Shown piece by piece: positions 41,799 to 50,300 of a stretch of DNA of 64,000 bases. The stretch is from the NCBI GenBank assembly GCA_965218095.1, contig OZ244587.1, forward strand, positions 1,120,001 through 1,184,000, in the 5' to 3' direction. The stretch is from Candidatus Poribacteria bacterium. Its GTDB lineage: Bacteria; Poribacteria; WGA-4E; PCPOR2b. A program made the translations under genes and the position numbers. Position 1 is the first letter of the stretch. Every line of letters begins with the position of its first letter. The notes beneath the pieces were generated by a model, which saw only the letters and a program-made list of their open reading frames with translations, did not search any database and was not told the DNA's origin.

Positions 41799-43460
41799 TT
41801 ATTCTGCCCCCCATATAATGTCTTCCTGAATGCGATTCATTCTATCTATTGTCTCATCAAAACTGGAGGCTTCAATGCCAAGCACGGGATCGATCTTAGC
41901 CTCTACGAAAGTAAATCCGCTTTGGCTTTCCTTTTGCTCCTTCTCTAATGGCAGAGCCATATAGACCTTGACTTGGTCGGATCGGATTAACTCCGAATCC
42001 TGATAACCGTTTTCTTTAGCAATCCTTTTCAGGTGTGGTTTATCGTGGTTGAGCATGATGAGGGTGTTTAACTCTTTGATGATGTAATCGCTGTGGGTTG
42101 TGATAAAGATTTTGACACCTAAGTTTACCAATTGCGCAAAAAGCCTAGCAATGCGACACTGATTTTCCGGATGTAGGTTTAACTCTGGCTCATCTACCAT
42201 AAGCAGATGCCCTTTTTGAGCAACATGACGCAGATAAAAACCCATATCGAATAGCGAACGAACGCTACTTGAACTTTCAGCCATCTTCAATTCAATCTCT
42301 GCCCCTTTGGGAATATAGGAGCGTTGATTGTCTTGTGTTATTTTATACTCGCCACCGATAATATCAGCGAAGTTTGCTAACACTTCAGGGTGTTCTTTGG
42401 CAATAAAACTCTGCATCTTCGTAATGTCTCCAAGTTTGCGTATAAAGTCCACATTTTCCTCTATCGGCATAGGATACCTCGGGTAAGAATCTGAGATTAA
42501 CGGTTGCGGCCTAACCTCTTGGTCCGCTTGCACGATCTGCTCTAGTAAACGGTGTCGAGCAAAATCAAGTTCTCTGTGGAAAATAGAGGCTCCGGTGCGT
42601 TCGACTGAAGATATAAAAGGAGACGGAAAATAATCGGAAAAAATAACGGTGCCGATAGCGGCGTTAATGAGGTCTTCTATCATGAAAGGGGTGTCATTTA
42701 GGCTTCCCTCCAATGTCGATCTAATTATTAACTCGTTGCTCCTCGTTTCCTTGGCAAAGGTAATGCCTCTCTCAGAACCGTATCTTATTTCGCCTGCCCA
42801 TCTTTTATCAAATATGTCAATTGGTCCTATTTTGATGTCAAATTTACTGTCGCTAAATAGTCCATCAGTTGCTGCAAAAACCTTCCGCTCCAGCAGGTGA
42901 TCGATATACCGTTTGTTTACTTCTGCAAGCAGTTGATCTGCCTGTTTAACATATTCTGTCAATTCAACTTTGACGCCACCTTCTGTAGACAATAGTCGGA
43001 TTTGACTGTCCGTCATCTTGAAATCTGCCAGTACCGCCCAAGACTTCAAGAAACCGTAGAGTGCATAGGTTGCGTAGGTTTTACCGGTGTTATTCTTGCC
43101 GCAAAGAGCGGTTAAATCTCCTAGCGTAAATTCTGCCTGTTTTAAGACACCAAAATTTTCTAACTCTATTTTCAGATCCCCGACCATCAATTCCTCTTTT
43201 AATCCGTCGCTATCAATGCTCCATAGCCCGCGTGTCGGATTATTTGCCTTACCGTCGTTTTTTAGTCTACTCAAACCGTGCACAGTAGGGCCTATTATCG
43301 TGGAGGTCTGCGGTAAACCTCCACAGCTAAGGTGAACTTCTGTTACTTTTTCTTCGATGTTCCGATAGGGAACAGCCGTCTGTTTATCAAAAAATTCTAA
43401 GATCAGATTAGCCGCAACTTTCGCTGTTAAAGGTTTGTTCTTGTAAGGGTAGTCTTGCAT
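41799..43460 (-). CDS. AAA_15/AAA_21-type ABC ATPase with extra N-terminal domain
   Basis: IELENFG, GKNNTGKT, SSSVRS, MVDEPELNLHP, ITTHSDY. Confidence 0.9.
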   Translation of the reverse strand: MQDYPYKNKPLTAKVAANLILEFFDKQTAVPYRNIEEKVTEVHLSCGGLPQTSTIIGPTVHGLSRLKNDGKANNPTRGLWSIDSDGLKEELMVGDLKIELENFGVLKQAEFTLGDLTALCGKNNTGKTYATYALYGFLKSWAVLADFKMTDSQIRLLSTEGGVKVELTEYVKQADQLLAEVNKRYIDHLLERKVFAATDGLFSDSKFDIKIGPIDIFDKRWAGEIRYGSERGITFAKETRSNELIIRSTLEGSLNDTPFMIEDLINAAIGTVIFSDYFPSPFISSVERTGASIFHRELDFARHRLLEQIVQADQEVRPQPLISDSYPRYPMPIEENVDFIRKLGDITKMQSFIAKEHPEVLANFADIIGGEYKITQDNQRSYIPKGAEIELKMAESSSSVRSLFDMGFYLRHVAQKGHLLMVDEPELNLHPENQCRIARLFAQLVNLGVKIFITTHSDYIIKELNTLIMLNHDKPHLKRIAKENGYQDSELIRSDQVKVYMALPLEKEQKESQSGFTFVEAKIDPVLGIEASSFDETIDRMNRIQEDIIWGAE

Positions 43461-43624
43461 AGTATTTTCTCCTCTCTCAATCTCTTGAAGTTTTACCAAA
43501 AGATACGTTCCTCCTTAGTGGCATTTGTCACTTGTCACGGCATCTTTCAAACTCCTCCGCCGTGAGCTGTTTTATGTTTGTCATGGATTACGTTGATCAC
43601 AACTTCTATATTCCAGTCAAATGC

Positions 43625-43654
43625 AATATCCGATAAGAGAACTTATCAACCGTT
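43625..43654. other. dif-like recombination-site candidate
   Basis: AATATCCGATAA-GAGAAC-TTATCAACCGTT; left arm is the exact reverse complement of the right arm at 41206-17. Confidence 0.5.
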
Positions 43655-44249
43655 CCATGTTAATGAAGTTTGATATTTCTTTTTTACAATGAACCAAAAT
43701 CCATTTGTCTCACTCTCTTGCCTAAAACGAACCATTATCGCCCCGCGTGAAAACCACTACATTAGGGGACAAAACTAGACGACGCCTAACAGACATGGAA
43801 ATCTCCTATTGAATTTGCAATTTTCTTCATGGGATTCGGCTTTCTAGCCTTCATGCCCGGTCAATGGGTGTGGGAGACGCCACTGTGCAGTGGCGTCTCC
43901 CACGAAAGCCAATACAATTATACCATATTTTGCTATTTGAATCAAAACCTCCGCTCCGGCGATTTCTCCCTCATTTTCTGAGGAATGGTATACTCGATTC
44001 ACGGCGGTTTGAGTAGCATCACCAGGGGGTTGGTCAGTTTTGCTATCTCTTTTTCGAGTCGGCTCGCTTTCTGTTCCAACTGGTCTATTCTCGCTTGTAA
44101 CCTTTCGACTGTCTCTGCTAACATCTGATAACATCTCCCCTTCTCAACTATCATTCATCTTAATCCTCTTGTATCCTTCCTCTTGTGAACACCGACACAC
44201 AAGAGGAAAGCGCGGATGGCGTAAATGCAGCAAAAACTGAAACCTGAAT

Positions 44250-44277
44250 CTATCGTAGAATAGACATTATGTCTACT
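44250..44277 (+). other. dif-like site candidate
   Basis: CTATCGTAGAA-TAGACA-TTATGTCTACT versus B. subtilis dif ACTTCCTAGAA-TATATA-TTATGTAAACT (7/11 and 9/11). Confidence 0.45.
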
Positions 44278-44646
44278 CAAATGTATAGACAAATGTCTAT
44301 TAAACAAGCCGCCGCACATTTCGGAGTAACCGAAACCACAATTCGCCGACGGATAAAGGCGGGAAAGTTCAAAGCCACGCGCAAAGGCAAGCGTATCTAT
44401 GTGCACATCGAACTAGACACCGCGTCTAGACAAAATGCTCAAAATGTGCACTCACCTGATGAAACTATCAAGCTGCAGCAGTCCGAGATCAATCACCTCC
44501 GAGAACAGGTGGATAAACTCACCAGTCTGCTCGCCATGCAGACCCAGCAGAACAGCAACCTCATCGCACAGCTACCAAAGCCCCGCCCTTCGTTCACTAA
44601 CCAGATTCGCAGTTTTTTTACCCGGCTCATCGGAAGCCCCGAATAA
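44269..44646 (+). CDS. Excisionase-like HTH protein with coiled-coil tail
   Basis: MSIKQAAAHFGVTETTIRRRIKAGKF; C-terminal heptads. Confidence 0.8.
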   Translation: MSTQMYRQMSIKQAAAHFGVTETTIRRRIKAGKFKATRKGKRIYVHIELDTASRQNAQNVHSPDETIKLQQSEINHLREQVDKLTSLLAMQTQQNSNLIAQLPKPRPSFTNQIRSFFTRLIGSPE

Positions 44647-45340
44647 TCCACCACACAACTAAGAACACGCCATGCCCCATGGCAAAGGTAACGATGAAAG
44701 CCCCAAGCAGATCTCTCACCGCTTTCGCCCGTGCTTTCCATACCCTTTGTGGATGTTTGTTTTCCCATTCTTGATATTGCTTCTCTTTCTCTATCGCGTT
44801 ATCAATCATTTTTTCGAGTTGACCCTTCTTGAAAGACCTTGCTGCTGCCATCGACTGGACATCTGCCAAAATCTTTTCCTTCGGGGAAAAAGGGGGGGGA
44901 ATAGGATGAAGGTCTATACCGAACGCTTCCAACCTTTCATCGCTTGTCAGATCTTCTTTACACCAGTGGCGAACAAGTGACGGAGGCAGATTGAGTTGTG
45001 ATGCGATGTCCTTGATTTTCATGCCTTCGTTTCTCAATTTCCTTGCGCTCTGCTTGTCTTTGTCCTTTGCGGCTCGTTTTTTTTTATATGCTGCGATCTC
45101 TTTTTCATATTCAAGCAATTGATCCCAACTCTTTATCACAAGTTTTTTTATCTCACCCTGAATTGACCGAGGGCGATAAGTGGATGTGTGAAAATAGAAA
45201 TCCAAGTGTTCCGGCGGTTTGTGGGACGCTTGATATCCCCCTATCAACCCAATAAAGCCGACAGTGGCAAAAGCCCCAATAATAGAAGCTACCAGCCACA
45301 AGCGGTTGAATCCCCTGTGATACTTGTTGAGCCATCGCAT
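44627..45340 (-). CDS. Hypothetical two-TM protein with internal HTH
   Basis: RGFNRLW N-terminus, WIIRGF C-terminus, internal LRNEGMKIKDIASQLNLPPSLVRHW. Confidence 0.7.
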   Translation of the reverse strand: MRWLNKYHRGFNRLWLVASIIGAFATVGFIGLIGGYQASHKPPEHLDFYFHTSTYRPRSIQGEIKKLVIKSWDQLLEYEKEIAAYKKKRAAKDKDKQSARKLRNEGMKIKDIASQLNLPPSLVRHWCKEDLTSDERLEAFGIDLHPIPPPFSPKEKILADVQSMAAARSFKKGQLEKMIDNAIEKEKQYQEWENKHPQRVWKARAKAVRDLLGAFIVTFAMGHGVFLVVWWIIRGFR

Positions 45341-45345
45341 AGTTA

Positions 45346-46266
45346 TCACTTCCCCTTCCCATAGAAGAACCTTGCGACCGCGCCCCGTTCCGCGAGCTCC
45401 GCTTTGGCATAATGCGCCGGCATCTGTGGCGACTTCCACCTGCCTGCGTTCTGCATATCGACGACCGAAGCCCCAGCCTGAGCGAGCGAGACAGCACTGC
45501 CGACCCTGAGCGAATGACCAGAGATAAATCCTTCGACACCCGCAGTTTTGGCACGGGCTTGGATGATACGCCGAGCTGAGACGGTGGTGAGCCTCCCGCT
45601 TTGGACATGATCCCCGCGTCTGATATGCCTGAACAACGCCCCGCTTTGAATCTCAGCGCTTGTGCAGTAACGATCTATCAACTTCAGTGTGGGACCGCCA
45701 ACATACAATACCTCGCCCCGACCCTCCTGATCGGTCTTGGACGATCTTATCCTCAGTGTGTTCTTGTGCAGATCTCCGACATTGACCGCGACGGCTTCCG
45801 AAATTCTCAACAGACAATCGCTCATGAGCCTGATAAGCGCTGCGTCTCGAAGCCCTGCGATCGTTTTATCGGCTTCGGCAAGGGTAACAACCCTCAACAT
45901 CTCCTCGCGCTCCACGCCGTCCACCTGCCCTTTGCCGCGTTCCTTCCCTTCACGGCGGATACCTGCCAATGTCTTACTGGTAACTTCACCAACGATCTCA
46001 ATGCCATGATTCTTTGCCAACCACTTCGCCGCGGCAACCACCTGTGCGATCGTCGAGGGGGATTTGCCCTCAGTGTGAAGCTCGGTGATGTAATCCGCCA
46101 GTCGCCCGTCGGTTAAGATCTGACCACTGAGCCATGCTTCAAGCTCCCTCGATAGTCTCTGGTATCGCTTGAGCGTGCTATCTGCGATACTCGATTGAAT
46201 CAACTCTTTCGTCTCTTGGCGGATAGCGAGTTCTGTTTTCTGTTGCCGTGTTACCAATTCGTTCAT
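45346..46266 (-). CDS. Tyrosine recombinase, Cre-like
   Basis: LRDAALI...LRISE, SKTDQ.G.G, SGHSLRVG, GRWKS..M..HY: complete R-K-H-R-W-Y set. Confidence 0.93.
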   Translation of the reverse strand: MNELVTRQQKTELAIRQETKELIQSSIADSTLKRYQRLSRELEAWLSGQILTDGRLADYITELHTEGKSPSTIAQVVAAAKWLAKNHGIEIVGEVTSKTLAGIRREGKERGKGQVDGVEREEMLRVVTLAEADKTIAGLRDAALIRLMSDCLLRISEAVAVNVGDLHKNTLRIRSSKTDQEGRGEVLYVGGPTLKLIDRYCTSAEIQSGALFRHIRRGDHVQSGRLTTVSARRIIQARAKTAGVEGFISGHSLRVGSAVSLAQAGASVVDMQNAGRWKSPQMPAHYAKAELAERGAVARFFYGKGK

Positions 46267-46589
46267 GTATTCACTCCTCTCAATTGAGCCTCGCCCCGGT
46301 CGGTGAGATGCCAGCACCTCTGTTCGCGATCATAAAGGACTTCAACTAGCGTTGGCTCTTGGGTAGCGAGGCAATTCATGTCAATTGAGCCGGTGAGTTG
46401 CTGGTGTTGGTTCTTGGCAATCAACTGAACAATCGTGTTAATGAATGCGTATCCATGCTCACCCCTAATGGCAAGGGGCTGATTCATGAGGGTAATATTC
46501 AAATCTGCATAGCTAGTGCCGGTGATTTCAAAGACTTCCTCGACATTGACTTGAACTTCCTGGCTTATTCTAATTGGATCTATTTGCAT
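46263..46589 (-). CDS. Hypothetical protein coupled to the recombinase gene
   Basis: GGAGG RBS; stop overlaps the recombinase ATG (ATGA). Confidence 0.6.
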   Translation of the reverse strand: MQIDPIRISQEVQVNVEEVFEITGTSYADLNITLMNQPLAIRGEHGYAFINTIVQLIAKNQHQQLTGSIDMNCLATQEPTLVEVLYDREQRCWHLTDRGEAQLRGVNT

Positions 46590-46628
46590 GGGGCTGTCCT
46601 CCGATTTTGTTCATGATCAATCATCCTG

Positions 46629-47201
46629 TTAAGGTGCGCTCCACTTGATATTCCCCATCGCATCTTCGACGATGACCGCTGCGCCTGCCCCGTTGTCCTC
46701 TACTTCCACCATATTCATATGGTCATCCGAACTGACCAACGTAATCCCTCTGCCATCGGCACTTCCCCTGCGTCCCAACGTTACAAAGCTGTGCCTATCG
46801 TGGCTTCGTAGAGCCAACCGTTGCGTGAATGCCGCGTCCGCTGGATCACATAGTAACACCTGATTGCCCTTCTCCTCTTCGCTTAGTAACCAAACCCCAA
46901 TACCACGATTATTCTTATTGCTTATCATGATAGAATTCGCGTCATCGTGGACACTTAACGCCATCTGTGGAGTGCCTGCCTTATCCGACAGTCTTATCAT
47001 ATTCCCATCCTCACCACTAATCAGATCAATCATGTGTTCCCCCGCGTGATTGACCACTGTGAGCCGGGAACACACAATATCATCAAATACCCCACTTCGC
47101 TGTGCAATCAACGGCGGTGAAACAATCGCCCCGACCGCAAGCCCAATTAACATGATTACTGCCCCTAACCCCATAGATCTGACACAGATTCTTCGTTTCA
47201 T
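46629..47201 (-). CDS. Hypothetical exported beta-strand-rich protein
   Basis: Signal-like N-terminus, 'FDDIVCSRLTVV..G' then short beta repeats; start may be later. Confidence 0.65.
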   Translation of the reverse strand: MKRRICVRSMGLGAVIMLIGLAVGAIVSPPLIAQRSGVFDDIVCSRLTVVNHAGEHMIDLISGEDGNMIRLSDKAGTPQMALSVHDDANSIMISNKNNRGIGVWLLSEEEKGNQVLLCDPADAAFTQRLALRSHDRHSFVTLGRRGSADGRGITLVSSDDHMNMVEVEDNGAGAAVIVEDAMGNIKWSAP

Positions 47202-47265
47202 GCCCTGCTCCTACTATCCCCTTGGATGGGCACCGATTGACTGGGGATGTCGCACAATCGGCGTT

Positions 47266-47295
47266 AATGTTCGGTAAAATGATTTACATAAATCT
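47266..47295. other. dif-like site candidate
   Basis: AATGTTCGGTAA-AATGAT-TTACATAAATCT; overlaps a XerD-like arm (TTATGTAAATC, minus strand 47281-91). Confidence 0.4.
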
Positions 47296-47445
47296 ATTAT
47301 AACCGATGCGATGCCCAGATTGCAACGGGAAACCCTGCCATACAGCGTGCTTTTTATCTTGTAATATATTGCATGGGATATTATAATAAAAGGAACGCAG
47401 AATATTGTTCTGAATATCCCAAAACACAGGGAGGGAGGGAGGATT

Positions 47446-47643
47446 GTGAGGGAACGCTACACCGAAAGACTTACCATCAACCTGACAGAAACTTTGAAAG
47501 ACAAAATCAAGAACGCTGCCGCTAAGTTGGATTGGAATGTTTCTGATGTTGTGCGCGAATGTGTAGAGGTTGAACTCTCCCGGCTCATCGACCGTGAAAC
47601 CAAACGGACAAAACGTAGGACACAGCAAAACGATAACTCGTAA
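47446..47643 (+). CDS. CopG/ribbon-helix-helix-like DNA-binding protein
   Basis: RLTINLTETLKDKIKNAAAKLDWNVSDVVRECVE; GGAGG RBS. Confidence 0.7.
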   Translation: MRERYTERLTINLTETLKDKIKNAAAKLDWNVSDVVRECVEVELSRLIDRETKRTKRRTQQNDNS

Positions 47644-47710
47644 AACCCACGCCAACACTGAGCCGGGCAGTTTTTTAGACCCCGGACAATTTATAGGACA
47701 GGAGCTGAAT

Positions 47711-47890
47711 ATGAACATCAAGAAAACGCTTCAGGGGTAGGAGGAAACACTCGCCCAAGAAGCAAAGGACGGGAACGATGATGCAATCGCTATCCTCGAC
47801 TGGATGAAACGGAACAGATGGCTCAAGTCGCAACGACAATTGAAACCAAAGCATTATCTCAAAGGCGTTAAACCTAAAATTGAGGTCTGA
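47711..47890 (+). pseudogene. Small ORF with internal TAG
   Basis: AGGAG RBS; MNIKKTLQG*EETLAQEAKDG... reads through to TGA. Confidence 0.35.
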
Positions 47891-47899
47891 TCACGGAAA

Positions 47900-48457
47900 A
47901 TGATGTCTTTGAACCCGAAACCATTGATAAAGAAAATCAACAGCTCCAATCACAACTGGAGGCAACCGAAGATGAACGATCAACGACGTCATGTCGATAT
48001 TTACTCCGCCGTGCCACAGGAACTGAAAGAACGTCGCCAGTGGGTCATGTGGAGATGGACAAAACGGGAGGACGAGGACAAGCCCACAAAACCGCCATAT
48101 AAGCCCACTAGTCGATTTCTCAATCGCCAGAAAGCCAAGAACAATGATCCATATACGTGGACGGATTTTCAGTCGGTGTACAAACCGCAACTCTCTGATA
48201 CACCTTGCTTCGGTGTGCTACCTGAAGATTATGACGATCGGGGAACAGAATGCGGCTGCGTTTTTTCAGGGATTGGCTTCGTGTTTAGAAAAGATGACCC
48301 ATACTGCGGAATAGACCTCGACGATTGCCTCTACCGCGATGAAAACGGGAAGATTCAGATTAAGCCCTGGGCACAGCCGATTGTTGATATGCTAACGCCT
48401 ATTGCCTACGCTGAGGTATCCCCAAGTGGTAAAGGTATCAAGTTTTGGAAGTCTTAA
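47900..48457 (+). pseudogene. Truncated primase-polymerase (phage NrS-1 polymerase-like N-terminal domain)
   Basis: PQELKERRQWVMW, TKPPY, NDPYTW, GIGFVF, GIDLDDC, YAEVSPSGKGI, then an abrupt stop. Confidence 0.82.
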
Positions 48458-48637
48458 CATGAAGCCAATATTTTATTATTTCCACATCCCTTAGTCTTAG
48501 CCTCGGCCTTAACCTTCATCGACATCCTGAAAAAGAGGCGGACGGAATGGTTTGTGCGTGATGAGCGACCCTTCGGATTGGGCTGCTGCTTGCGTCGTCA
48601 AGAAGACGTGTCCTGCCTTTGAAAGGTTTACTACAAT

Positions 48638-49045
48638 TCACCTCCTATCAAGGTAAAATTCAACGTCGGGGTTGGTAACGACCGGAATATGTACACGCAC
48701 TTCACCATCTTCGTAACCGAGATTAAAATTCTCATGTTCGCGGATGATAGATCCAGCGCTGAATTTAAGAAATTTGACTGATGTGAGAAGACACTTAAAA
48801 GTTCCTAGCACTTGCCGGGTGTAAGCACAGTAGGACAAGATCTCTGTATCAGCAAATGGTTACTGGGCAGCCGGATCAGGGTATATTTGGTTTGAAATAC
48901 CGCCGATAGAACGTAAAACAACCTCACTCCACTCACCTTCGTAAATGGCGGTATTAAAGTGGGGCCTCCATTCATTTGATGAAATTTGATCAAGGTCGGC
49001 ACGGAGATGATCCGCGTCAAATTCAAAAGGAAGCTCAAAACTCAT
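48638..49045 (-). pseudogene. Aspartyl/asparaginyl beta-hydroxylase-family remnant
   Basis: LPFEFD...WRPHFN...YEGEWS; TAA at 48860; IREH...EVRVHIPVVTNPDVEFY; truncated. Confidence 0.72.
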
Positions 49046-49057
49046 AAATCACCCTTG

Positions 49058-50137
49058 TTATTCTTGTCTAATCCGGCGCTCGAAAGCACGAATTTCTTCC
49101 CCGCCCTCCAGAACGCCTATTTCTAGGTGAAACTCCCGGACTTCGCCGGGCTGGATGTACTGAAGGTAGTCATGCTTGCGGTTCCAGGCGCGACCCAGCA
49201 TACTGACATTGCCGGGTTCGATCCCCGTTACATAAGTCCCTCTGTGGAAGTGCTGCCAATGGGTGACGACAGGCATCTCCTGAATGGGGAATTTCCAGTA
49301 CAGTCCCAGTTGCAGGTTGTCGTTAATTAAGCCCACATGCACGTTGCCCTCAGCATCGGCGACGGGACGGTGTATGTACACATCGTCGTGCGCTTCTGTC
49401 TGCGGCATGAGAGCTACTTCGTAATCGTCGGGACTTACTTCCCGGTCTTCCAGCCATTCCGTGGTCTTCTCGCTGTTGAGAACCAGGCGGGCGCCGGCAT
49501 CAAGGAGCGGGAAGCCCGGATTGGTATGGTAGACGAACATCAGCGGCGAGCCATCCACACTAAGATTCTCGATACGGTCGTGGATGCGCAGGCATTTCTC
49601 GCCCAGCACTGTGGAGATCGCTCGGGTGAGTTCCAAGTTCGTGCCGAAGACTACCGCCTCGCGCATCCTGCCGCGTACTCGCACCACGTAATCCTCTCCT
49701 TCCCAGCCACAATCGGCTACGACACCTTTGGCTGGGATAAAGGAGAGGCGGCCGTGCAGGCCCAGTTCCTCATTTTCTTCGTCGGGGTCCACTTCCGGAT
49801 GGCCGGTGAAGATCATGCCGCAACTGGTCACGAGACCGCCAAAAAAGCCGCGCATCCAGCCATAGCCCTGGGGCTCGTAAAAGGCTGGTCCCACATCCCC
49901 GGTATTGCCGCGGAAACACAGGGACATCCCCTTATAGTGGGCGAAGGCGATATCCAGGGAGCGGCCCGGTAGGATGGAAAAACAGAGTCCGGAGGCATTG
50001 AAGACTTCAATCAGATCAGCGCCCTGTTCATTCCCTTCTACCAGTTCCGCCCGACGGGCTGAAGCCAGTTGGGTCATATCTCCGACCATTTCCAGGAGTT
50101 GCTTTTTTGTGTACTTTCGTCCAAAAAGCTGTGGCAT
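49058..50137 (-). CDS. DUF4432 / aldose-1-epimerase-like protein
   Basis: ILPGRSLDI, FFGGLVTSCG, LHGRLS..PA, YHTNPGFPLL, YVTGIEPG. Confidence 0.85.
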   Translation of the reverse strand: MPQLFGRKYTKKQLLEMVGDMTQLASARRAELVEGNEQGADLIEVFNASGLCFSILPGRSLDIAFAHYKGMSLCFRGNTGDVGPAFYEPQGYGWMRGFFGGLVTSCGMIFTGHPEVDPDEENEELGLHGRLSFIPAKGVVADCGWEGEDYVVRVRGRMREAVVFGTNLELTRAISTVLGEKCLRIHDRIENLSVDGSPLMFVYHTNPGFPLLDAGARLVLNSEKTTEWLEDREVSPDDYEVALMPQTEAHDDVYIHRPVADAEGNVHVGLINDNLQLGLYWKFPIQEMPVVTHWQHFHRGTYVTGIEPGNVSMLGRAWNRKHDYLQYIQPGEVREFHLEIGVLEGGEEIRAFERRIRQE

Positions 50138-50300
50138 GATTTGTCCTCCTAAACATTTGAGTTGGGGGATGGTGAAAAGTTCGGTTCACACTGTTTACAC
50201 GCTTTGAAAAATCCCGTCGCCTGTAAATTTCATATTTCGCATTGATTTGTACGCAGTCTGAAACCTTCCAGAATCCCATTCGCATATTGGCCAATTTTAA

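Noticed and set aside
43844-44134. 96-aa ORF between two dif-like sites
   Set aside because: Low-complexity N-terminus and no recognisable family; cannot be supported as a gene.
47349-47392. loxP-like 13-8-13 site for the Cre-like recombinase
   Set aside because: Only an imperfect AT-rich IR with a 10-nt gap; more likely the promoter/operator of the RHH gene.
7690-48862. Stop-codon reassignment suggested by single in-frame TAG/TAA codons (7690, 19749, 24617, 30071, 32650, 47738, 48860)
   Set aside because: Intact genes end in TAA/TAG at their expected C-termini, and most affected genes also have deletions or frameshifts; ordinary nonsense decay is simpler.
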